Origin: a virus
Lineage: Duplodnaviria > Caudoviricetes
IMG/VR virus record: IMGVR_UViG_3300005330_000014
Span: 1 to 64,000 of that record
DNA: 64,000 bases
Reading direction: 5' to 3' (one strand)
Made by a program: the position numbers and the translations under genes. The notes below the pieces were generated by a model. That model saw nothing but the letters and a program-made list of their open reading frames with translations, was not told the DNA's origin and did no database searches. Positions 20,331-30,390 of this stretch are shown here, piece after piece (the stretch's first letter is position 1; each line of letters starts with the position of its first letter).

Positions 20331-21008
20331 TTATTCGTTAGAAGCTAGTGATAGCTCTTTCTCCCAGCCCTTGAAGGCATCATTGATTTCTTCTTGGAGA
20401 TTGCGTTCTTTAGCTGAAGTATTAATTACTTTCTGATTTTTCTTAGCTATAATAGAATTGAAATCGAAATCTTCATCTTCTGTATTTTCAGAAGCTTTAG
20501 CAGCTTTCTTTTTCTTATTTTTGGCGTCCATAGCGTCATCTTCGTCGCTATCATCTTCGGAGGCCGCATCGTTGTCATCGTCTTTTTTGGCTGCAAAAGT
20601 AGATTCAGCAAATTCGAGCCATTCAGTATATTTAGCTTCATCTAAGCCCTTAATCTGTTTAGCGATTGCTTGAACGCCTTTTTCACTTAATTCAAAACGG
20701 GTATTTAAATCATTTAAACGAACTGTAAGATCATTTTTTTCTTTTTCAGCCGCACGAGCCTGTTCAGAAGCTTCTAATTTCGACTGAATCTCTTCAACTG
20801 ACTTAGTAGCTTTATCTAAAGATGCTTTAATATTTTTAATTTCATCTTCCTTAGCAACAACTTCTTGATTTTTCTTGTCTAAGTCCTGCGCGAACTTATC
20901 CATAAATTCATTTAGCTCATCCGCAACTAAGGCTGCCTGATCGCTTGCTAACCCGCAAGATTCAAACTTGGAGGCGGTGATGTCTTTGATATTTTTAAAT
21001 TTTACCAT
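20331..21008 (-). CDS. Nested scaffold protein (in-frame internal start MVKFKNIKD, 225 aa)
   Basis: In-frame ATG at 21008 preceded by an A-rich leader and a late-promoter motif at 21058-21065. Confidence 0.6.
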   Translation of the reverse strand: MVKFKNIKDITASKFESCGLASDQAALVADELNEFMDKFAQDLDKKNQEVVAKEDEIKNIKASLDKATKSVEEIQSKLEASEQARAAEKEKNDLTVRLNDLNTRFELSEKGVQAIAKQIKGLDEAKYTEWLEFAESTFAAKKDDDNDAASEDDSDEDDAMDAKNKKKKAAKASENTEDEDFDFNSIIAKKNQKVINTSAKERNLQEEINDAFKGWEKELSLASNE

Positions 21009-22037
21009 ATAGATATTTCTTTTCTTATTATTTTGATTATTTAAATCTGTATTGTTATTTACACATTTTTTTTCTGAAATAGTCGATTTTTCAATAATTT
21101 TTTCTAATTTATTACTTTTTTCTTCAATATTGGCTACAGAAATGTTATTTTGTTGATCTATAACATTAGTTATTTCATCTGTTTTGTTAGTTTGAGGAGC
21201 AATAACAATCGTTTCTCTTACATTAGATTGCTCAGAACTTTGATTTTCTTGTAATACAACTAACTCTTCCGCATCGGTAGGCTCATTATCTAAAATGGGC
21301 AGAATTCCCTTTACGCTTGCCGCTGGAGAATTTGTAATAGAAAACCCACCGGGTAACATATCCCCGACGATTAATCTATAAATAGGCTCTTTAGTTTCTT
21401 TGATTGTTCCATCTCCGCCATTAGATTTTAAATATTGAGATAATTTAGAAATTCGGATAGGATCAGAAATTATTTCTCCTTGTGAAATATCTGTACTACC
21501 AACTAATAATTGGTAATCCGTAAAAAATAACTCCCAAGATAAACTGGCAGCAAAAGCATTTTTAGAAGTTGCTTCGCTACATTCTATCAAGTAATTAACT
21601 AATCCGGGGTTCAAAACCTCCCAAATAAATCCACTAACCACCCAATTAAATGGTGTATTCAAATTTTGTGCTTCGAGACTAGAAATAATTTCATTAGAAC
21701 CATATTTAGAAAATCCCGAACCTAATATCGCTCCCACTGCACCATTATTTCTTTTATGCTCAATAGTAATATACTTATTAGTAGCTAACGGGGCGATCTT
21801 AACTACATCGCTACCTAATACTACATCAGAATTTTTATTAGCTAAATTAGCCACTGCCCCATTAGCTACAATATATAACAAATCAGGATTATCCTTGATA
21901 TTAATATCGCTTGGTAAAATAGGTTTTAAAGAATCTAAAGATGCTTCAGCTAAATTTTTTTCTATATTATTTGGGGAAACAACTTGAGCAGTTGACTCAA
22001 ATAGAGATTTATATTTAAATTTTTCTGAAATAGGCAT
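20331..22037 (-). CDS. Prohead protease-scaffold fusion
   Basis: N-terminal protease-like domain (ANKNSD, ITIEH, ASLSWELFF, GFSITNSPAA); C-terminal acidic coiled coil. Confidence 0.75.
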   Translation of the reverse strand: MPISEKFKYKSLFESTAQVVSPNNIEKNLAEASLDSLKPILPSDINIKDNPDLLYIVANGAVANLANKNSDVVLGSDVVKIAPLATNKYITIEHKRNNGAVGAILGSGFSKYGSNEIISSLEAQNLNTPFNWVVSGFIWEVLNPGLVNYLIECSEATSKNAFAASLSWELFFTDYQLLVGSTDISQGEIISDPIRISKLSQYLKSNGGDGTIKETKEPIYRLIVGDMLPGGFSITNSPAASVKGILPILDNEPTDAEELVVLQENQSSEQSNVRETIVIAPQTNKTDEITNVIDQQNNISVANIEEKSNKLEKIIEKSTISEKKCVNNNTDLNNQNNKKRNIYMVKFKNIKDITASKFESCGLASDQAALVADELNEFMDKFAQDLDKKNQEVVAKEDEIKNIKASLDKATKSVEEIQSKLEASEQARAAEKEKNDLTVRLNDLNTRFELSEKGVQAIAKQIKGLDEAKYTEWLEFAESTFAAKKDDDNDAASEDDSDEDDAMDAKNKKKKAAKASENTEDEDFDFNSIIAKKNQKVINTSAKERNLQEEINDAFKGWEKELSLASNE

Positions 22038-22067
22038 ATAATATATTTACACTTATTATTTTAAAAT

Positions 22068-22721
22068 TTATGCTAGAATACTGGCTGCATTTACTCTTTC
22101 ATAAATAATTTTGCCAAATGTTTGCGCTCCCAAATCGGTAAAATGGCCCGCCCCGGCCCCCGCTGCCGCTCCCCAATTCATGGTATTATTTGGAACTGTC
22201 CCAAAATATTCCATTGGATTTATTATTAAATCAACCGAATCTATACTATCAAATAACAAGTCATTGTAATCCAATCTATGATTATCATAATCCGTTCCCG
22301 GCGCACGAGAAGCATTAGGTAAATTAGGGATACAAATAACTTTTGCTCCACCAGCTCTAGCTTGCGCCCAAATAGTTTTTGTAACATTATAAATTGTTAG
22401 AGCATCTGTAGTGTCAAAGTCATTGTTTCCAATATATAATAGAAAAATTGCCGGTTGCCCTGTAGATATTGGAAGAAGTGGAGCGACATCTGTTGAAAAA
22501 TCATCTAATGTGTGCTGTACGGTTCTTCCCCCTTCAGCTACATTATAAATGGCATTAGCACTATCAGGTAATAAAGTTTGTAATGTAGTTGGAAATGCTG
22601 ACAAAGTACCTACTCCATCAAGTCCAGACACCATTGAATCTCCGTTGGCTATAAATTTACTTCTCCATGCGGTAGGATGGAGAACGCTTCTAACGGCAGA
22701 TATTCCAAAACCCATTGGCAT
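22068..22721 (-). CDS. SGNH/GDSL hydrolase (possibly virion-associated esterase)
   Basis: GDSM block I, NVAEGG block II, IGNND block III, C-terminal H. Confidence 0.8.
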   Translation of the reverse strand: MPMGFGISAVRSVLHPTAWRSKFIANGDSMVSGLDGVGTLSAFPTTLQTLLPDSANAIYNVAEGGRTVQHTLDDFSTDVAPLLPISTGQPAIFLLYIGNNDFDTTDALTIYNVTKTIWAQARAGGAKVICIPNLPNASRAPGTDYDNHRLDYNDLLFDSIDSVDLIINPMEYFGTVPNNTMNWGAAAGAGAGHFTDLGAQTFGKIIYERVNAASILA

Positions 22722-22722
22722 A

Positions 22723-23958
22723 TTAATAATTTGATGCCAGTTCTAAAACAATATAATTATAAAGACTGTTATCGCCAGCCGCTCCACTAGCTAAAAATCC
22801 AACAGAAGGACGCAACACAGTTAACGGAGAATAAAGTCCCGGAGTTCCTCCTCCACTTTTCAAAGAGCAAGATATGATGGAATTATTAGTTATTCCAGTA
22901 TTGGTAATTGTCGCAGAGCCATTTGACAATAGAAAAGTTCCACCCTTTGAATTTGCCCCTGTAATTACATTTAAAGTATTGCCGGGCGTAGCATATAATG
23001 GAACAAATGACTTAGTTCCACTTGTTTCCCATAACATTGTTGTAGCCATCAAGCTTACATTGTCAAAAACCCCCATTCCCACTCTGGGAAACCCCCCCGC
23101 TTCATGTAAGCCACACGCAAAAGATACGTCAAATCTTGCTGTGTCAGTTCGAGGAATGTCATTGAACGAAAAATGTGCTTGAGAACCAAAAGCTTGAACA
23201 TTACCCGGAAATACTGCTAATCCAACAGTTCCATTAGTTTGAAATTGATGAACCGAAATACTATCAGAAACGCTATTATGAATTACTCTACCCGCACTAT
23301 CTAAACTTAATGCATAATATTTATTTGCATCTCCGCTATATTGTACATATATTTGTGTGCCCGCATTACCTGTTAAATTTAATGATTGCCCACGAATAGT
23401 AGTTGCAGTAATTGGCCCTAAATTTTGAGTATCTAACGGAATACCTGCAACTAACCAAGAATCAATTGCTAGTTGAGATAAAGAAACCGACGAGTATCTA
23501 CTAATTAAATTAAATGTCCCCGGAAGCGAATTGATGGTAACTCCAGATGCGCCCGAAATTGTCACCGCACCATTTGACGATTGCGTGGCAAAAATTTGTG
23601 TCCCAACGGGAAAAGCTGTATTTGTATGGCTAGGAATAATTGCTGTGATAGGCGAAGAACCGCTTAATTGTACCATAGAATTATGGTCATTTAAGCCAAA
23701 AATATAACCCGTACCAGTTTGTAAAGTTACCCCTAAATTCATAGGCATGTAACCTGTCGCAGCATTATTAATATTATCAATTTGATTCTGTAAAACTCCG
23801 CTAGCTCCAGAAACTCCAGATTGAGCAAACAAATTAAAATTACCTACATTAATTTTAGCATCCCCTGACGTTCCTGAAGATGGTCTTACTACATATAATA
23901 AATCTGCATTTTGAACAGAAATTATATCATTTAATTGAGTTAGATTTTGATCGGACAT
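22723..23958 (-). CDS. Tail fibre/receptor-binding-like structural protein
   Basis: G/S/T-rich beta composition; lies next to tail-collar gene. Confidence 0.55.
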   Translation of the reverse strand: MSDQNLTQLNDIISVQNADLLYVVRPSSGTSGDAKINVGNFNLFAQSGVSGASGVLQNQIDNINNAATGYMPMNLGVTLQTGTGYIFGLNDHNSMVQLSGSSPITAIIPSHTNTAFPVGTQIFATQSSNGAVTISGASGVTINSLPGTFNLISRYSSVSLSQLAIDSWLVAGIPLDTQNLGPITATTIRGQSLNLTGNAGTQIYVQYSGDANKYYALSLDSAGRVIHNSVSDSISVHQFQTNGTVGLAVFPGNVQAFGSQAHFSFNDIPRTDTARFDVSFACGLHEAGGFPRVGMGVFDNVSLMATTMLWETSGTKSFVPLYATPGNTLNVITGANSKGGTFLLSNGSATITNTGITNNSIISCSLKSGGGTPGLYSPLTVLRPSVGFLASGAAGDNSLYNYIVLELASNY

Positions 23959-23963
23959 AAAAA

Positions 23964-24527
23964 TTAAATTTTAATAATATAATTCAATAGTATTGTAGGT
24001 TGAACGTTTTCATGAGATAAGTTGCCCCCCGTAGCAATAGTATCTGCTCCCAAAATGGCAGATACTACCGCTTGGTCTGCTCCTGCCGCCACCGTGACAA
24101 TGGCATCAGGGCTAGAATAATGGTGAGTATGACTAGCTAATTGATTTTCAGTTAAAGTCACAGTTAACGCTCCAACTGTTACACCTATTGTTGAGCCAAG
24201 TGTTCCACCTACACCGGCAGGAACATAATCAATCAAGTTAGGTAAAACGAAAGTGGTAGAACCATCTCCAGCCCCAAAAGTTTCTCCAACAATCGCAAAC
24301 AATGCGCTATAAGTTGTTCTGCTAACAATAGAACCGTCACATAATAACCATCCTGTAGGGGCGGATGGGCCAGCATAAGGAATTACTGTAGCTACAGGTA
24401 TCCCTAAAGTGGATCGAATTACAGATATTAAAGTTTGTATATTCGCTCCACCTTGTAATCCCACTATAATATCGGAGTCTGATAAACTAGAAGCGTTCGT
24501 AAAATCTGAAAATTTTTGATTTGACAT
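23964..24527 (-). CDS. Phage tail collar domain protein
   Basis: PVATVIPYAGPSAPTGWLLCDGSIVSRTTYSALFAIVG..FGAGDGSTTFVLPNL. Confidence 0.9.
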   Translation of the reverse strand: MSNQKFSDFTNASSLSDSDIIVGLQGGANIQTLISVIRSTLGIPVATVIPYAGPSAPTGWLLCDGSIVSRTTYSALFAIVGETFGAGDGSTTFVLPNLIDYVPAGVGGTLGSTIGVTVGALTVTLTENQLASHTHHYSSPDAIVTVAAGADQAVVSAILGADTIATGGNLSHENVQPTILLNYIIKI

Positions 24528-24556
24528 AATTATTAACTATTTACACTTTTAAAATT

Positions 24557-24943
24557 TTATTCTTGAATAATTGCGTCTCCATTTTCAGTTATTAAAATAT
24601 TTAGATTTTCTGTAATAATATTATTACTAGAACTAATTTGGTTCATCAAAGTTAGTTTACCTCCATTTACCAAATTGAAATAACCACCATTCTGTAAAAT
24701 AAAGAAGGATGACGATGGAGAAATACCTGAGCCGCCGGTAATTAGGAATGGAACAGGATGAGCGATTTTAGTTAATTCGTAATAAACGTGCTCTAACTCT
24801 CTATTCCATTTATTTAAATGAATTAAGTTAACTTGACTTAAATATCCAGACCCTTCTATGCAGAATGTATAAAAATCTCCTGTAGTGCGGATCAATTGAT
24901 GTATCCGATTCTCGTAAGTATATTGAGTTCCTGTAACGTACAT
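24557..24943 (-). CDS. Hypothetical (possibly structural) protein
   Basis: Co-oriented ORF; C-terminal ITEN repeats typical of phage fibre termini. Confidence 0.55.
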   Translation of the reverse strand: MYVTGTQYTYENRIHQLIRTTGDFYTFCIEGSGYLSQVNLIHLNKWNRELEHVYYELTKIAHPVPFLITGGSGISPSSSFFILQNGGYFNLVNGGKLTLMNQISSSNNIITENLNILITENGDAIIQE

Positions 24944-24945
24944 GG

Positions 24946-25557
24946 TTAATTTAATTTAAGATACGTTTTCAGATTTGTTATACGATTTATCCACCCTTTG
25001 AGATATTTCTGATTTTTAGGAACAGAATTAGCTAATCGACGATAGAAATTTTCTCGTTCTTTTAAAAATTGATTCACATCTTTTCCTGTTACCGCCAAAA
25101 TTTTTGCTGTACGACTAGCTCCAGCATTCACATTGCAATCAAATACACATTCCCCTAATGGATAAGTGTATTGTTCTTCTATATTAGCAGATTTCCATTC
25201 AGTAAAATATATATCTTTAGCTTGCTCCAAAGTTAAATGTTCAACATCAATATTTTTATGACTAGATTTATCAATTCCGTAACGAGTAGTCCCGCCTGAA
25301 TCATCAGGGTCATGTTCAGTTAAAACAAATTGGTCATCTCCATAATGTCCCTTTTTATAAACAGTCTCAGCCTCTATAATAAATGGTATAAATTGATCGA
25401 ACCTAAGAGAATATTTAGTGCTGACAACTGGGGGCGATTCTGACGACTCCACCGGAATTGTGATAACAGTAGGAGCAGTTTTCTGAACACTTGTAAAAAC
25501 GGGTGGATTAACCTTTGTAGGGAAAAATTTATTATATAAACTAATATACCAACGCAT
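24946..25557 (-). CDS. Endolysin, glycoside hydrolase family 108
   Basis: IEAE...HDPDDSGGTTRYGI catalytic region; C-terminal YLKGWINR peptidoglycan-binding-like segment. Confidence 0.85.
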   Translation of the reverse strand: MRWYISLYNKFFPTKVNPPVFTSVQKTAPTVITIPVESSESPPVVSTKYSLRFDQFIPFIIEAETVYKKGHYGDDQFVLTEHDPDDSGGTTRYGIDKSSHKNIDVEHLTLEQAKDIYFTEWKSANIEEQYTYPLGECVFDCNVNAGASRTAKILAVTGKDVNQFLKERENFYRRLANSVPKNQKYLKGWINRITNLKTYLKLN

Positions 25558-25562
25558 AAAAA

Positions 25563-25913
25563 TTATTCTATTTCTCCTGTATCGACATTTTTGGGCCTAA
25601 GTGTTTTTTCGATATATTCAGTTACGTTATGAATAGTTTCTGATTTAGAAATATTTTCCAAAGAAGTAACTGTTTTATAGTCAAGTACTGAAATACCAAG
25701 GACCGTGGCACTCATAACCCCAGCAATAAATTGTATTTCAGCACTACACAAATTAACAATAGCCGAGGCAGCTTCGGGAGTATGTAAAATAGCAAGCAAG
25801 CCAAGTATAAAAACTACTATAGAATTAGCTAAAGTAATTAACGCTAACATTGCTTTTTTACTTTTCCAAACACTGCGATTGGATTTATCTATTATATTCT
25901 GTTTAGTACCCAT
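25563..25913 (-). CDS. Probable holin (two TM helices)
   Basis: Two hydrophobic segments; adjacent to endolysin. Confidence 0.6.
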   Translation of the reverse strand: MGTKQNIIDKSNRSVWKSKKAMLALITLANSIVVFILGLLAILHTPEAASAIVNLCSAEIQFIAGVMSATVLGISVLDYKTVTSLENISKSETIHNVTEYIEKTLRPKNVDTGEIE

Positions 25914-25915
25914 AC

Positions 25916-26599
25916 TTATTTAAAATGATTTTTAATTGCTACGATAATAACATTTATTTCACTGATGCCTAAATTAATAATTTTGAAAACCAACCCCCAT
26001 AATAAAGATAAAATATTTAATACTAATGGAAGCCCACCCGGAATACAAAAGGCAACAATTCCAAGAATGATTATCGATCCCAGCACTCCTACCCCAGTCG
26101 CAATTTTTACCCACCCAAAAAATTTATAAAACCAGCCCCTACTATTCGCTTTTTGTAAAGCGGCGGTTTGTTCTATTAATATTTTATTAGTCTGGTTTTG
26201 GAAAGCTATCAAAGTATTGTGCTCTCCCGCCACCTGTTTTTGTAAATCTTGATTATTTTTGAGTAAATCCTGATATTCTTCAGAATCTTGCACAATAACT
26301 TCTTGTTTGTCTGAGCCCGCTGGAAGAATAATAACTTCTTTAGTTTTTTGTGCTGTGCCACCACCTAAAGTTTTATTAATTCCTTTAATTTTAATTTTTT
26401 CATTGTCTTTTAAAGGGGTAACTAATGTAAGTAAATTTTTTGAATAATTATCAGCCAAATCAAAACGTTTTACTTTAATAGAGTCATTTACAGCAAAAGC
26501 CGCGCGGCTCACCTGCTTATTATATCTAACTTGCAAAGATTCACAGCCATTTAATAATAGACTGAAACTCAAAATAACAAATATAAATACCTTATTCAT
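25916..26599 (-). CDS. Lipoprotein with C-terminal TM segments, candidate unimolecular spanin
   Basis: Lipobox LLLNG-C; soluble middle; long C-terminal hydrophobic region; in lysis cluster. Confidence 0.55.
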   Translation of the reverse strand: MNKVFIFVILSFSLLLNGCESLQVRYNKQVSRAAFAVNDSIKVKRFDLADNYSKNLLTLVTPLKDNEKIKIKGINKTLGGGTAQKTKEVIILPAGSDKQEVIVQDSEEYQDLLKNNQDLQKQVAGEHNTLIAFQNQTNKILIEQTAALQKANSRGWFYKFFGWVKIATGVGVLGSIIILGIVAFCIPGGLPLVLNILSLLWGLVFKIINLGISEINVIIVAIKNHFK

Positions 26600-26607
26600 A
26601 TCTTACT

Positions 26608-26985
26608 TTACACCTTATTCGCTTTACTTTGCAAAATTTTAATCAGAAAATAAACTACTAACCCAGTAATATTAATTACAGGAAAATAACGTAAACTATC
26701 TGATATAAATGATATGAATAATGATATCCACACCGACAGGCAAACCGAACAGCTTAATAATTGAATTAAAAACGATTTATCTATATTAGATAAAAAAGTT
26801 AAATATCCTATTTTCCCTCCCCCGTCAACAATATTTTTATATTCAGTATAATAAGGTAAAAATTTATCTAATCTTAATAATTTTAACCATAACAAAGGTC
26901 CATTTGTTTCAAACCAAAGAAATAAAAATAATGCAATAAATAGTCCTAAATGGATAAATTTATACTCCATAACCAAATAGCCCAA
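26608..26985 (-). CDS. Membrane protein
   Basis: Three hydrophobic segments. Confidence 0.6.
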   Translation of the reverse strand: MGYLVMEYKFIHLGLFIALFLFLWFETNGPLLWLKLLRLDKFLPYYTEYKNIVDGGGKIGYLTFLSNIDKSFLIQLLSCSVCLSVWISLFISFISDSLRYFPVINITGLVVYFLIKILQSKANKV

Positions 26986-28429
26986 TAGAAATTTTACTCA
27001 TTCCAGAAGATAAACTCAAAATATCAATTCCAATACTCCCCGGAGATTGAGCAAAAAAGAAATTATTAGAACAATTTATTGTCGAGAAATATTGTCCAGA
27101 ATTTAAATATAATCCCGTGAAGTTTGTTTGATTATTATTAGTATCAACTGTATAAATTGATCCGCTATACCATGCGCCACTCCCTGTTACACGACAACCT
27201 AAATTAATACCTGTAAGAACAAAATCTTGAGGTAGCTGCCATTCCCATAATGCTGCCCCAGTTAGTCCTGTTCTAAAATAAGTATTTAAAGTAATTGGAG
27301 TGATAGGAATTAAACTTGGTGCCCCTTGTGGCCCCTGCACTACATTTATAATACTACCCGTACCAGTGAATCCAAAATAACTTAATGAATACCCACTTGT
27401 CCCAACTGTATTTGAAAAAACAATATTAAATCCACTTGTAGAGCGCCCGGACACATAATATTCTAGTAATGGGTCGCCAGAATTATTTATTAACTGAGGA
27501 AAAACATGAGGAATTGCATTATAATTATATCCATAACCTATAAATTGGCTAGATATACCACTATTTATTTGTATAGACCCTAAAAATGATCCTGTATAAC
27601 CATCTAAGGTATGCCCGCTAACATTAAAAATATTGCCATTTTGAGTACATGTTACCGTGCCTCTACCTTGAGAAAAAATATTTCCTGACTGTGCATTAAA
27701 TGTTAATACTCCAGCAAATCCTGTTACACTGGCAAAAGCCGCCAGATTTAAAGCGTTAATTTGTGCTTGTAAATTAGACCCTGTAGCTGACAATAAAGCT
27801 AATATATTACTACCAGTAGTATTCAATTGAGTTAAGGGCACGACTCCGCTTGGAGTAGTAGCAATTGGTGCATATATTGTGCCTCCATTAAAAAATGAAA
27901 TTATACCACTAGCAGTTTGATTACCTGTGCTAGTTAATAAATTACCATTTAATAGATTAGAAATAGTATTTTGTAAGTAAATTAAAGGTACTGCATCCCC
28001 CGAACTAGTTGGAGTAGGAACAGTGAGTTGGCCCGTGATTTGTCCAGAATTGATAACTACTTGATCAAAATATTTATACCCTAGAAATCTTTCCGTACCT
28101 GTTAAATGGGCGGAGGCAGTTGTATAAGCATTTAGAGTTGTAATTTGGGACTGAACCCCAGAAATTTGATCGATAACAAATTGCTGAGATGGAGCCGAGC
28201 CTGTTGACCCGGAATATGGAACATTAGGACTAGTAAAAAATGATTTTGTCCCGTATATTGTTTGATTACCGCCACTTGAATAAACTATATACCCACCAAA
28301 GTACCCACTAGTTTGATAATAACTACCAAGCAATCCAGTAAAATTATTCTGGAAAATACCTAAAACATATCCACTTAAATCGTTGTTGCGAATTTGTTTT
28401 GTTGCAATTAAAAAAAGGTTGTCAGACAT
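26960..28429 (-). CDS. Virion structural protein (fibre/baseplate-like)
   Basis: G/S/T-rich; internal repeats; collagen-like QGPQGAP. Confidence 0.55.
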   Translation of the reverse strand: MSDNLFLIATKQIRNNDLSGYVLGIFQNNFTGLLGSYYQTSGYFGGYIVYSSGGNQTIYGTKSFFTSPNVPYSGSTGSAPSQQFVIDQISGVQSQITTLNAYTTASAHLTGTERFLGYKYFDQVVINSGQITGQLTVPTPTSSGDAVPLIYLQNTISNLLNGNLLTSTGNQTASGIISFFNGGTIYAPIATTPSGVVPLTQLNTTGSNILALLSATGSNLQAQINALNLAAFASVTGFAGVLTFNAQSGNIFSQGRGTVTCTQNGNIFNVSGHTLDGYTGSFLGSIQINSGISSQFIGYGYNYNAIPHVFPQLINNSGDPLLEYYVSGRSTSGFNIVFSNTVGTSGYSLSYFGFTGTGSIINVVQGPQGAPSLIPITPITLNTYFRTGLTGAALWEWQLPQDFVLTGINLGCRVTGSGAWYSGSIYTVDTNNNQTNFTGLYLNSGQYFSTINCSNNFFFAQSPGSIGIDILSLSSGMSKISIGLFGYGV

Positions 28430-28433
28430 AACT

Positions 28434-30365
28434 TTATTCTCTCTTGGACCACATTAACAAAGCGGCGCTTAAATCATCGTCTATTTTTTGATATTCTTTG
28501 ATTTCTACAATTTCAGCAATATTAGCTAGGTTAGGCTCTGGTAAAGTTTCTAAATAAGTAGCAATATTTTCTTTCCACTTGTCGGGAGCTTCATTAGACG
28601 TTAAATGATTAGCGATAACTTTAATTTGCTCTTTATCTTTTTTAGTTAATTTAGTTTTATTATACTTAACTTTAAAATCTTCAGTTATTTTATCTGTTAC
28701 TGCTGAAGCCAATAAAACATTTTTTCTGAACTTAATAACATCATATTGATACTCTGAAGCAGACGACCCTTTGAATCCCGGCTTACTTGTTTTCTTTGGG
28801 CCTTTTGATCCTGACGGTCTGCCACCTTGTCCGGGAGGCTCTTGAGTAGGATCGTTTCCTCCAATTAATGGAACGAATAAACCTTTATCTCGCGCGGCTT
28901 TGTAATCTTTTTGATTAAGAAGTAAATCTTCCCATTCGGGTAGTAATCCGCTCTCGATTGCATCTTTACCATCTTTCGGGGTTAGCACGCCTAATTGTAA
29001 TAAATTCGCCATAATTCGATCAGCATTAGCCGTATCGTCTACTCTGATGGGAGCAAACTTAGGTACAGGAATATCTTCTGGTTTATATCCCGCTAATTTA
29101 CCCACCCTTTTCATTTCAGGAATTAAAAATTCATTTAAAAAGATACTTTGAGCATGCTCTAACTTCTGAACGAAAACCCTCAACTTAACCATAATATTAG
29201 CGAATTTTTGTTCGCCAAAGAAAATATTCATTAATCCATCATTAATTTCTTGATCGATTTTTTCATATTTTTCTGGGCCAAGAACCTTTTGCAAATCAGG
29301 GATAACAAAATCAATAGTAGTATCAGTGGTGGTTACAATTGTCCGCCCGGTTTGTTTAGTTAAAAACATTTTTTGCAATGCTTGCGCCACTAATGGGTTG
29401 ACATGCATCTGACCATCTTTGTCAGGCACACCATGTTTTACTACAGTCATTACAGATTCAACCGTTTTAGCAACAATCATATCACACTTCTTGAACTCTA
29501 ATTTCATGTTTATATTATCCAATACGGGATAACCCATTGGTAATGCAAACGGTTCGTAATCTTGTTTACGATAAAATAAAGGATACAGCTTCTCTGAATC
29601 TAATTTTGTCTCAGAAACATTATTTGTTAAAATCTGTTTGGTTTCTTCACTTAAGTCTAAATCATGTCCTTCCTGCTGGAGTCTACGTAATTGGTCGCGA
29701 GTAGCAGTATCCACCATCCAATAATATACAGGGACATTGTTTAAATCTAACCCATTAAAAAGAGATACGAAAGCAGGATTAAGCACGACATATCTTACTG
29801 GAATATCAATGCTTTTAGCAGCATTTGCTTCTTTGTCGCGGCCAAACATAAATTTATTCAATTTATTAGATTTGATCGATCCATCATATCTATAAACAAA
29901 CATATTCCCAGAACGGTACGTCTCTCTAAAAAATTGTTCTTTGAAATTATTCAAATTAATAACATCAAACCAAGATTGGAAGAATTTTTTACCCTTGTCC
30001 GATCCTTTGTATAATTTAATATCTGTGCTACTCAAATCAGTCATTGTTTCAACGGTTTGATAGAACACGGGAACTTCCCGCCATGCAACTTGGCACAAAC
30101 GAATTGGCTCGCGCATATAGAGATAGCGACCAAATTCTTGATACGGGATACGAAACTCTAATAAATTATTAAATCTAAGATAATCTCTGAATGGAGTATG
30201 TAAATCAGTATCTTCTCTAATAGGATATAAAGAGTCATCCCAGCCATAGTTAGCTGCACTTAATTTATCATGACCTATACTTACAGGTTCAAATTGATAA
30301 TTGTTATTTGGCTTGATAATCGAAGTTTCAAGAGGAGAGATTGTTTTTTTCTTTGAACGGGCCAT
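28434..30365 (-). CDS. Portal protein
   Basis: 643 aa directly downstream of terminase; V..TIDTMTD and FFRETYRSGN-type portal segments. Confidence 0.8.
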   Translation of the reverse strand: MARSKKKTISPLETSIIKPNNNYQFEPVSIGHDKLSAANYGWDDSLYPIREDTDLHTPFRDYLRFNNLLEFRIPYQEFGRYLYMREPIRLCQVAWREVPVFYQTVETMTDLSSTDIKLYKGSDKGKKFFQSWFDVINLNNFKEQFFRETYRSGNMFVYRYDGSIKSNKLNKFMFGRDKEANAAKSIDIPVRYVVLNPAFVSLFNGLDLNNVPVYYWMVDTATRDQLRRLQQEGHDLDLSEETKQILTNNVSETKLDSEKLYPLFYRKQDYEPFALPMGYPVLDNINMKLEFKKCDMIVAKTVESVMTVVKHGVPDKDGQMHVNPLVAQALQKMFLTKQTGRTIVTTTDTTIDFVIPDLQKVLGPEKYEKIDQEINDGLMNIFFGEQKFANIMVKLRVFVQKLEHAQSIFLNEFLIPEMKRVGKLAGYKPEDIPVPKFAPIRVDDTANADRIMANLLQLGVLTPKDGKDAIESGLLPEWEDLLLNQKDYKAARDKGLFVPLIGGNDPTQEPPGQGGRPSGSKGPKKTSKPGFKGSSASEYQYDVIKFRKNVLLASAVTDKITEDFKVKYNKTKLTKKDKEQIKVIANHLTSNEAPDKWKENIATYLETLPEPNLANIAEIVEIKEYQKIDDDLSAALLMWSKRE

Positions 30366-30390
30366 AGATTTAATAATTTACACTTTATTG

